This document shows positions 47,214 to 55,700 of a DNA stretch of 64,000 nt, piece after piece. Location: the IMG/VR virus record IMGVR_UViG_3300042520_002918, one strand, 5' to 3'. Position 1 is the stretch's first letter. Every line of letters starts with the position of its first letter. The stretch comes from an uncultured virus (IMG/VR IMGVR_UViG_3300042520_002918). Lineage: Duplodnaviria; Heunggongvirae; Uroviricota; Caudoviricetes. The notes beneath the pieces are model-generated. The model saw only the letters and a list, made by a program, of their open reading frames with translations. It was not told the origin of the DNA and did not search any database. Both the position numbers and the translations under genes were made by a program.

Positions 47214-47675
47214 ATGCAACCAGAACTAGATGTTCTCGATATGGCCAAGCGCGAGTGCAAAGGCTTGGCAACAGACCATGAAATTGAATGGCTTCACGCC
47301 GAAGAAAATCGGCTGGCATGGTGCCATGCGCTAATTACAGCCTTGTCAGATAGCGAGTCTCAGGTTGTGTTCCACAAGAGCCGGATTGACATGATGGCAA
47401 AAGATGTGGAACTCGGCATCAAAGACGCAAATGACTACTACGAAGAAAAGCAAAAGTTTGACGAGTGGGTCCGCAAATCCCAGCGGTACCGGAACGGGAT
47501 TAGTAAGCGCCTCTCCGAAGTAAAAACGATACTTGCCGACACAACTTCGCTAGACCTCGTGGAAGAAAACGCCAAACTTTACAAGGCGATTATTGAACAC
47601 AAGCGCGCGTCGTTTGAGGGCGAGTACACAGCAGAACCGCACGACATCAGGCTATGGTCGACAGTCCAGGCATAA
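47214..47675 (+). CDS. Hypothetical coiled-coil protein
   Basis: GAGGTG SD before ATG 47214 (alternative GTG 47208). Confidence 0.7.
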   Translation: MQPELDVLDMAKRECKGLATDHEIEWLHAEENRLAWCHALITALSDSESQVVFHKSRIDMMAKDVELGIKDANDYYEEKQKFDEWVRKSQRYRNGISKRLSEVKTILADTTSLDLVEENAKLYKAIIEHKRASFEGEYTAEPHDIRLWSTVQA

Positions 47676-49846
47676 CAAATGCCTACGATGTAAAGCCACT
47701 AGCAACGGCATTTAGAAAAATTGCAGGTCTGTGCGATGGCGCAGAGCAGCAGGATGGTGTTGGTTTCAGTAAGGCAGATTCTCGTTTCGGGGCGCTCGCT
47801 TCGTTGCTTCCGGACACAAAGTGGTCGCCAGCAATTTCGTACATAGCCTGGACGGTTCTTGGACGTTATGTTGGCCAACTCAAAAGTCATGGAATTGACT
47901 ATGACCAAATAGTTCCGCCCCCAAGACCCAAGAATTATTTAGGTGCAGATGCAACATCAATAATGTCAGAACTTCGCCAAAAGGGAGTCAATAGGGTCTC
48001 AACAAATGGCGAAGTGTTTGCTATTGAGTGCGAGTACGATGAGCAACTGATAGGCGAACTACAAAAAATACCTGGCGCCCTATGGAACCAAGAAGCAAGC
48101 ATGTGGCTGGCTCCGCTCTCAAGCAAAGAGCAGGTAGCGTCTTTGATAAAGCAGTACAAGTTCAACACAACGAAAGAATTCGATGATATGAAAATAGTTG
48201 CAGAAGAACAAACCGTAGATACGACCAGAACAATAACGGTCTCAAAGAGCGGCCGTCTTGTCTTTGAGTTTCCCTACGACCAAGATATTGTTGCTGAAAT
48301 CAAGCAACTTCAAGGTCGCTTGTGGGATGTAAAGAAGCGGGTATGGACAGCCCCGCCCTCGCTGAGCGCAGTTGAGATTGCAGACAAATACGGGTTTTCG
48401 ATTTCCAAGTCCCTGCGCGACACGCTGCTAAAGGCAGCAAAGCGCGAAACTGAATTGCTTGAGGCGTCCACATCTACCGATGCAGATGTGGTAATCCCCA
48501 CTCTTTCTGGAACTCTTATGCCTTATCAAAAGGCCGGAGTTGCATATGCATCAACAGTTGGAAGGTGTCTTATCGCTGACCAGATGGGTCTTGGCAAGAC
48601 GGTTGAGGCGATTGCAACGCTGGAATCAAAGGATGCATTCCCGGCAATCATCGTGTGCCCTGCATCCCTGAAGGAAAACTGGCGCAGAGAGTTTGCAAAA
48701 TGGCTGCCCCACAGAACGGTCAATGTTGTATCTGGGAAAACTGATATTGTTTCATGTGATGTGAACGTGGTGAACTACGACATTCTGTATAAGTTTGTTG
48801 AGCCAATCAAGCACCTAGAACCAAATGGACTGATACTTGATGAGTCGCACTATGTAAAAAATGCGACATCAAAACGTGCCAAGGCAGCAAAAGATATTGC
48901 CGCTTCGGTAAGCAGGTCTGGCGCAGTTCTTCTTTTGTCCGGAACTCCAGTTATGAACCGACCAGCAGAACTTGTATCTCAGTTGGAGATTATGGGAATG
49001 CTGAGTCGCTTTGGTGGTAAGTGGTCATTCCTGAAACGGTATGCAAATGCTCATCACAATGGATTTGGCTGGGATACCGGTGGTGCCAGCAACCTTGTTG
49101 AACTGAATACAAAACTCCGTCAGAACTGCTACATCCGCAGAACAAAAGACGAGGTGCTACAAGAACTTCCAGACAAGGTGCGAAATGTCGTTCACCTTGA
49201 TGTATCCGGTGCTGGATTCAAGGACTACAGAAATGCAGAAAATGACCTTGTCTCATTCCTAAGCGCAAACGGCTACAAAGCAAAAGACTCATCTGAACAT
49301 CTGGCAAGAACGCAGGTTCTAAAAAAACTTGCGGCGTGGGCAAAGATGGACGCGGTAGAAGAGTGGATTGATTCTTTCTTGGAGTCATGCGACCGCAAAC
49401 TTGTTGTGTTCGCCCACAACGTTGATGTAGTTGACCACCTTTCAAACAAATACGGAGGCTTTAGGGTTTCTGGTCGCGACACGCTCGAAGAGCGACAGCG
49501 CGCAGTTGACGCTTTTCAAAATGACAAGGAAGCACGAGTGATTGTTCTCAACTTGCAGGCTGGTGGAGTTGGTATCACACTTACTGCTGGTTCAGATGTT
49601 GTATTTGTTCAAATGGGCTGGACGCCAGGCGAGCATGACCAAGCAGAAGACCGCTGTCACCGAATCGGTCAAAAGAACAATGTGCAAGCGTGGTATCTAC
49701 TTGCCGCAGACACGATTGACGAAGATATCTATGACCTCGTTGATGCAAAGAGAAAAATCGTTGATGCAGTTACAGAAGGTGATGAAGTTGAGCAGCAATC
49801 TGTTGTCAAAGATTTGATGAAGAGGCTTTTGGCTAAAGCAGAATAA
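47654..49846 (+). CDS. SNF2-family ATPase with two HARP-like domains (SMARCAL1-like)
   Basis: ADQMGLGKT, VCPASL..NW, LDESHY.KN, LSGTP..NRP, QAEDRCHRIGQ; two YD..L..EL..L.G..W.....W.AP repeats. Confidence 0.92.
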   Translation: MVDSPGITNAYDVKPLATAFRKIAGLCDGAEQQDGVGFSKADSRFGALASLLPDTKWSPAISYIAWTVLGRYVGQLKSHGIDYDQIVPPPRPKNYLGADATSIMSELRQKGVNRVSTNGEVFAIECEYDEQLIGELQKIPGALWNQEASMWLAPLSSKEQVASLIKQYKFNTTKEFDDMKIVAEEQTVDTTRTITVSKSGRLVFEFPYDQDIVAEIKQLQGRLWDVKKRVWTAPPSLSAVEIADKYGFSISKSLRDTLLKAAKRETELLEASTSTDADVVIPTLSGTLMPYQKAGVAYASTVGRCLIADQMGLGKTVEAIATLESKDAFPAIIVCPASLKENWRREFAKWLPHRTVNVVSGKTDIVSCDVNVVNYDILYKFVEPIKHLEPNGLILDESHYVKNATSKRAKAAKDIAASVSRSGAVLLLSGTPVMNRPAELVSQLEIMGMLSRFGGKWSFLKRYANAHHNGFGWDTGGASNLVELNTKLRQNCYIRRTKDEVLQELPDKVRNVVHLDVSGAGFKDYRNAENDLVSFLSANGYKAKDSSEHLARTQVLKKLAAWAKMDAVEEWIDSFLESCDRKLVVFAHNVDVVDHLSNKYGGFRVSGRDTLEERQRAVDAFQNDKEARVIVLNLQAGGVGITLTAGSDVVFVQMGWTPGEHDQAEDRCHRIGQKNNVQAWYLLAADTIDEDIYDLVDAKRKIVDAVTEGDEVEQQSVVKDLMKRLLAKAE

Positions 49847-49921
49847 ATCGGACCATAGTCCGGCTATACGACTCCTTAGTTGAGACTGTTAGTGGCGTTA
49901 TGCCCTAACAAAGGAGTCATC

Positions 49922-50131
49922 ATGGACAAGAAGAACCAGACAATCGACCAAGTCGTTAAGGGTGGCGCACTCGGCGTCGTTGTTTACCTTTGCGACAAGT
50001 ACAACGTCGACCCAACACTCACGGCTCTTTTGATGCCGCTTGCTGCCGCCGTTTTTGCATGGGCGAGCACAAAGGTCGGCGACCCGTCGGTTGCCTCGTT
50101 CCTTGCGAAAAAGGAGGAAGCCAAGAAATAG
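49922..50131 (+). CDS. Small two-TM protein, holin-like
   Basis: SD AAGGAG; hydrophobic segments and charged C-terminus; upstream of endolysin. Confidence 0.6.
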   Translation: MDKKNQTIDQVVKGGALGVVVYLCDKYNVDPTLTALLMPLAAAVFAWASTKVGDPSVASFLAKKEEAKK

Positions 50132-50147
50132 GTATCGCTACCTCGGT

Positions 50148-50186
50148 GTGTGCGCTCAGTGCGTAAACACTCCGCTGGGCGCACAC
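50148..50186 (+). promoter_or_regulatory. Hairpin between the two holin-like genes
   Basis: GTGTGCGCTCAG...CTGGGCGCACAC, 12-bp stem with one G-U pair; no U-tract. Confidence 0.45.
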
Positions 50187-50201
50187 TCTGGCTGAATAAT
50201 T

Positions 50202-50450
50202 ATGGAACTCATCAAAAATGTAATTCTGCGAATCTTCGCAACTTTCGTTGTGACCGGTCTCGGAGTCATTGGCGCAGGCACCATTGCTGGCGTATCAATG
50301 GAGAAGGCCGTATTTATGGCAGGAATCGGCGGCGTGGCGAATGTTCTTGAAGGCTTGGCTCGTGCTTTCCTTACTGACGGAAAACTGTCTGAAGATGAAG
50401 TGAACCAGGTGTTTGCAAAAGTTGAACAAGAAAATCCAGCACACCAATAG
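50202..50450 (+). CDS. Holin-like membrane protein
   Basis: Two TM segments, DGKLSEDEVN tail; immediately before endolysin. Confidence 0.65.
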   Translation: MELIKNVILRIFATFVVTGLGVIGAGTIAGVSMEKAVFMAGIGGVANVLEGLARAFLTDGKLSEDEVNQVFAKVEQENPAHQ

Positions 50451-50460
50451 GAGATAGAAG

Positions 50461-51327
50461 ATGTCCGAACTGTACATTGACAAACTGACACCACCAAAGG
50501 ATGTTGCCGGACACAAGCCAGGAAGATTGCCAGATGGACTTCTTTCCAAAGTCGATGGTGGACGCCTGCACTGGCTCGCCGCAAATGCTTGGAAGGCACT
50601 CAAAGCCGCTGCTGCTGCGGAAGGCGTTGAACTTAAGCCAACATCTGCCGGCGACCTGTATCGTTCGTACGATGCACAACTCAAGGTGTTTCTTGAGCGC
50701 TATACAAAAGAGCCGAACGGCAATAGCACACGCACATTTGAAGGCGTGAAGTGGTACAAGAAGTCTGAAAAACTTGCCAGCCTTGCGGCCCCAGGCACAT
50801 CTCAGCACAATAGCGGTTTGGCTGTTGACGTTCATACGGCAAGTGGTGAGCGCCTCAAGTGGATGATTGCAAACTGTCGCAAGTTTGGCTGGAGTTGGGA
50901 AGTGGTGCCAGAAGAGCCATGGCATATTCGTTATACCAAAGGCGATGATGTTCCAGAAGCCGTAAAGGCATGGATGGACGCAAATCCTGCCGAAGTGTGC
51001 AAGCCAGGTGAAGTTGCAGCACCAGCAGCAGAACCTGCTGCAGCCCCTCGCCCCATCACAACACCAGCCGTTGCTCCGCAGAGCGGTGGAGAGGCTGTCA
51101 AGAGGGGAAAAGCAAACGCGGCGTCAAATCCGATTTTGCAGGTCGGCTCAAGCGGCGCCGCAGTAAGAACTCTTCAGCAACTCCTGAACAAAGCAGGAGT
51201 GAAGTGCGCAACAGACGGCGACTTCGGTCCAAAGACTGAACAGGCCGTGAAGGAGTTCCAGAAGAAAGTTGGTCTGGAAGAAACGGGCATTGTCAATCAC
51301 AAGACTTGGGCGAAAGTAAATCCGTAG
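50461..51327 (+). CDS. Endolysin: M15 (VanY-like) Zn peptidase plus peptidoglycan-binding domain
   Basis: YRSYDAQ, PGTSQHNSGLAVDV (SxH..D), EPWH; C-terminal GS.G.AV..LQ..L...DGDFGPKTEQAVKEFQ. Confidence 0.92.
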   Translation: MSELYIDKLTPPKDVAGHKPGRLPDGLLSKVDGGRLHWLAANAWKALKAAAAAEGVELKPTSAGDLYRSYDAQLKVFLERYTKEPNGNSTRTFEGVKWYKKSEKLASLAAPGTSQHNSGLAVDVHTASGERLKWMIANCRKFGWSWEVVPEEPWHIRYTKGDDVPEAVKAWMDANPAEVCKPGEVAAPAAEPAAAPRPITTPAVAPQSGGEAVKRGKANAASNPILQVGSSGAAVRTLQQLLNKAGVKCATDGDFGPKTEQAVKEFQKKVGLEETGIVNHKTWAKVNP

Positions 51328-51412
51328 AGAATACTTCATCTATACATATAAACCTGTGAGACTTTACCCGTTCACGAAAGTGAATAACTAGCAGAACAAA
51401 GGAGTCATAACA

Positions 51413-51970
51413 ATGGCTGCATCCACATCAACAATTTCATTTGACGTTCATGACTGCAAGGTCTACCCCGTCGCATCAGATGCCACTGGTGGCATCACCT
51501 ACGGCGCTGCCGTTGACGTTCCTGGTATCCAGGAAGTCTCGGTTGAGCCAAACTTCATCTCGGTTGAGTTGAAGGGTGACGGAAAGGTTCTTGCCAAGAA
51601 GGGTAAGGTCGACCGTCTCAACTTCTCCGCAACATACAGCGAATTGAGCCTCGATGTTCTCGCAACCATCTTCGGTGGTTCGACAACGACATCGGGCAGC
51701 GGTTCGGCTGAAGCAGCGGCTTACGAGTTCGATGGCGACACCCTTCCGTACTTCAAGATTGAAGTCTTGGTCAACGACCTTGAGTCCGACCTTGCAGAAA
51801 TGGTCTTCACGCTGAACAAGTGCCAGATTACTGGTGGCACGATTATGTCCGGCTCGACAGACAACTTCTCGACACCGTCGTTCGACGCCGAAGCAATCCT
51901 CCCGATTGCAACAGGTATCGGCTTCGGAACAGTCACGCTCCGCGAGGCTGCATCGGGTCTTTCCGCTTAA
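51413..51970 (+). CDS. Major tail (tube) protein
   Basis: Strong SD and codon bias; YGAAVDVPGI, ELKGD, LPYFKIE; precedes chaperone and tape measure. Confidence 0.88.
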   Translation: MAASTSTISFDVHDCKVYPVASDATGGITYGAAVDVPGIQEVSVEPNFISVELKGDGKVLAKKGKVDRLNFSATYSELSLDVLATIFGGSTTTSGSGSAEAAAYEFDGDTLPYFKIEVLVNDLESDLAEMVFTLNKCQITGGTIMSGSTDNFSTPSFDAEAILPIATGIGFGTVTLREAASGLSA

Positions 51971-51995
51971 TAACTGAATAGTTCTGCTGGCGTTC

Positions 51996-52045
51996 ACGCC
52001 AGTCTTGGGGATTTGTGTGGCCCCAAGACTGGCGTTTGCGCGTTT
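51996..52045 (+). terminator. Intrinsic terminator after the major tail gene
   Basis: 15-bp perfect stem ACGCCAGTCTTGGGG / CCCCAAGACTGGCGT followed by TTGCGCGTTT. Confidence 0.75.
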
Positions 52046-52070
52046 ATGACTATGTATGTATGCTGTGTGC

Positions 52071-52601
52071 ATGGACTATACACCGCTAGTACTCAAGAAC
52101 AAAGGCGTCCCTTGCCTTTTTGTAAAAACAACAAAAACCGGACCTTCCGAAGAAGATTGGGGTCGCCTGACGACAGAAGAAGGTGAGCCAATCACCGAAA
52201 CGATTCACGTCAGATTCACAAACAATTCAATTTCTGACATTGAAGAATTTTTCGGCAATCTTGAAAAATGGCAAGAAACACTTGAGCAAAAGCCATACAC
52301 AACACTCAGGCAGACACTTGCATTCGTTCTGAAGCGCTCAATTTACGATGTTGGCGAAGCAATGCTTGATGGAGAAATTGTCGGCTACTCAAACGTGATT
52401 GGAACGGCGTGGTCAATTGCCAATGGCGTGGACCCTATCGTGGCGAGTCGAATGCTCACTCAGACAATCGCACTCGCCGAAGAAAACAAAAAGCGTCTGG
52501 CAGAAAGTCTGGCCCAAGCACTACCGGATTTGCAGACTGGAAACAGTGGCTCGGACTCTGGGCCCAAACGGGCCAGCCGCTCGAAGAATTCTGGGAACTA
52601 A
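52071..52601 (+). CDS. Tail assembly chaperone (gpG-like)
   Basis: Position between major tail and tape measure genes; Ser-rich tail; leaderless TATGCT-6 nt-ATG. Confidence 0.8.
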   Translation: MDYTPLVLKNKGVPCLFVKTTKTGPSEEDWGRLTTEEGEPITETIHVRFTNNSISDIEEFFGNLEKWQETLEQKPYTTLRQTLAFVLKRSIYDVGEAMLDGEIVGYSNVIGTAWSIANGVDPIVASRMLTQTIALAEENKKRLAESLAQALPDLQTGNSGSDSGPKRASRSKNSGN

Positions 52602-52714
52602 GTCCGGCCCAGTTGGGCGTAGTTTTTGAAGCGCGTGGCTGGATGAAGCAGCGAGCAGGACAAGAACAACTTATGTCCTTTGCTGCTCAGATGGGGCTAA
52701 AGATAGAAAAGTAA
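52526..52714 (+). CDS. Tail assembly chaperone extension (gpT-like) in the -1 frame
   Basis: Overlapping -1 frame reads ...FADWKQWLGLWAQTGQPLEEFWELSPAQLG...; the 5' boundary depends on the shift site. Confidence 0.7.
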   Translation, partial: GFADWKQWLGLWAQTGQPLEEFWELSPAQLGVVFEARGWMKQRAGQEQLMSFAAQMGLKIEK

Positions 52715-52728
52715 GGCTTTTCGCAAAT

Positions 52729-52762
52729 TTGACATTTCCACAGCCTGTGCGAAAATATTTAT
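52729..52762 (+). promoter_or_regulatory. Candidate leaderless promoter for the tape measure gene, flanked by an 8-bp inverted repeat
   Basis: TTGACA-16 nt-GAAAAT (preceded by TGc)-6 nt-ATG; TTTTCGCA (52718-25)...TGCGAAAA (52748-55). Confidence 0.45.
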
Positions 52763-55700
52763 ATGGCCGCGGCAGGAACTGGTGGGGTAAGCCCACTTAA
52801 CGTACAGGTGCGCATCACCACCACTGGTGTAAATGCTGCTGCGCGCGGAATGAGCGCCGTCACGCGCGCTGGCGGCTCAATGAGCAAGTCGCTTGCTGCC
52901 AGTTCAATATCCACCAGAACTCTTGGCGATGCAATGCGAATGACAGCGACCCTGATGAAGTACACGGTTGTTGGTGCATTTATGAATGCCGGCAAACAGG
53001 CAATTCAAATGCAGAGACAGTTTGAGTTGGCATTTTCCCGCATTAGGGGCTTGGTCGTCGTTGGTGGTGACAGCATTGACACGATGCGAGAAAAGGTTCT
53101 TTCTCTTGCCGGAGAAACAACCAGAGCACCATTGGAACTCGCTGACGCTCTTTACTACATCACTTCTGCCGGTATTAAAGAGGCAAGCACTGCGCTTGAA
53201 GTACTTGAGGCTTCAGCAAAGGCGGCCGCTGCTGGTCTGGGAACAACTAACACTGTTGCCGACGCCGTCACTTCTACATTGAATGCATACGGACAAGAAA
53301 ATTACTCAGCGGCAAAAGCCACTGACATTCTTGTTGCAACTGTACGTGAAGGTAAGGCGGAAGCAGATACGTTTGCTCCGGCACTCGGTAAGGTTTTGCC
53401 AGTTGCCGCGGCATACGGCGCATCATTTGAAGACGTATCTGCTGCAATCGCCGCTCTTTCGCGAGGTGGTTTGTCCGCTGGAACTGCTGCTATTTATGTT
53501 CGTCAAACATTGTCTCAGTTGCTAAAGCCATCAAAGCAAGCGCAAGAAGTTCTTGCTGGTGTTGGAACTAACGCAGACGAAATTCGCAAGAATATCCAAG
53601 AAAAAGGTTTATTTCCGGCCCTGATTGAATTGCGAGACCAACTTGGCGGCATTGAAAACGCTGCGGACTTTACAAAAGTATTCGGAAACGTACGAGCCCT
53701 TACGGCAGTGCTTTCTTTGGTTGGTCCTGCCGCAGAAGAAAATGCACAAATCTTCGAGCGCATGCAATCTGCCACTGGAGACTTGGATTATGCATTTTCT
53801 GCTTACGCGAATACAACAGATGCGCAATTTAATAAGGCGATGGCGGAACAACAGACAATGTTAATTAAACTTGGCGAAGGCTTAAAGCCAGTCATAACAT
53901 CGTTGTTAAAACTTGGAACCGCGATAACCAAAACTTTTGGCGCATTTTTGGGAACTGGATTTGGTAGGGGATTTGCTCGTGTTGCCGCTGGTGCGGTAAT
54001 CGCTGTTGCTGCACTTGCAACAGTTATGAAAACAATGTCGGCACTCATTCGCTTGGGCTCAAACTTAAATATTACATTGTTCGGAACTCAATTTAGATAC
54101 AACGCAACAACTGGCGCGATTACAAAATACACAACAGCAACAATGACTGCTAGTACGGCTACAGGAACAGTAACAAAGTCAATCGGTGCATGGACTGCGG
54201 CAAACGGATTTTTGGCAGGCTCAATCAGAATGGTTGCCCTCTCCATGAATTTCTTGACTAAATCAATGGCTTATATCATCCCAGTTCTAACAATTGGCTT
54301 GTTGTTGTTTGAGGGTTTCAAGTTTATTGCTGGAATGTTCAATAGTGGTAAGGAAGGCGCTGACTCTCTTGCGGGAAGTGTTGGAAAACTAAACACGTTG
54401 CTAGACGAAGCCGTTAAATACGGAAGGTCAAATCTTGTATTTGACGTAACAATTAATACGGATAACGCCGATGCAATGGCGGCTGTTAAGCGAATGAGGG
54501 AAGAAATTGAAGAACAGTCGCCAGACCTCATTCCTGATTTTAAGAGCATGGTCACAAAGCAGGGCGCACAAGCAGGAGCGCTATATATCCAGTCAATGCT
54601 TGATACCGCATTTGCCGGAAATACAAAAGAATTTAAAGACACTTTTGTTGCCCTGATGCTTTCGGTGCGACCAGATGTTGCAAAAGCCTTTAGAGAACTT
54701 GGCGCAAGTGTTGACTACAACGAAGCATTTGGTGACCCACTTACCAATGCGGAGACATTTCAGGCTCTTGCATCTGCTGTGGCAAGTGGGGCAGATGTAA
54801 TTTCCAGCGAATCAATTAAGGCTGGCGATGGACTCGAAACATTTATTAAAAAAGTTACCGACACAGAAATGGAAGAACATGCGTACCGAAGCAAAGAAGC
54901 GCTTGGTGCGTACGGTCAAGCATTTACTGACACAATTCAAAATACTGGACAACTCAACCCGCTTGTTGCAAATATTAGAAAGTGGCAAGCATATTTTGAA
55001 TCTGCTGGAACATCCTCAAATACTCAAGCAGAAGTTATTTCTCAAATCGTTGGTCCAGCACTTAAGGGTCTGACTGGAGATTTTGAACTTGTTGGCGAAT
55101 CGGCCGGAAACTTTAGGGATGTTTTTCTAAAGACTGCAAATGAAACTGCTGCCATTAAGTTTATTGAAAATACATTTGGTGTTGAGGGACAGCGCGCACT
55201 TGAAATATTAGAGGTTCTTCGAGACCGAATGAGGGCTATCCCATCTGGCGCAAAAGGTGCTGCCGCATCGGCAAAAGTTTTAGTTGATGCCCTTGGGGAA
55301 ATGAGCGTTAAATCAGAGGAGGTTGTGCGCAGCGTTTACAGCCTTGATACTGCGGTAACTGCTCTTGGCGACCGTTTCTCTGAAGGCTTGCATCCTGAAA
55401 TACAGGGTCTGGTTGATGATTTTGATGCAGCGCAAGCAGCACTTAAGAATTTCCAACGAGGCCAAGAAGCCCTTATGGGTGTCACGAGAGGAATGACAGA
55501 AGCACAAATTGACTTCCGTGATTCTATGCGTAACTTCAGGGAGGATGCATCGAAAGCCGGTGGCGACCTGTTCTCCGGAAGTGTTAACGCCGACAAGGCC
55601 CAAGAAGGCCTTCTTGATGCAATGGACAGTGTTCTTGAGGTCGTAAATCAATTTGCACTTGCTGGAGACGAGGCTGGAGCAACACGTGCGCTAGGCGAAG

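Noticed and set aside
51476..52072. 198-aa minus-strand ORF over the major tail gene, and similar antisense ORFs over acidic or low-complexity genes (e.g. 16657-17157, 46126-46644)
   Set aside because: Antisense shadows of biased or repetitive coding sequence.
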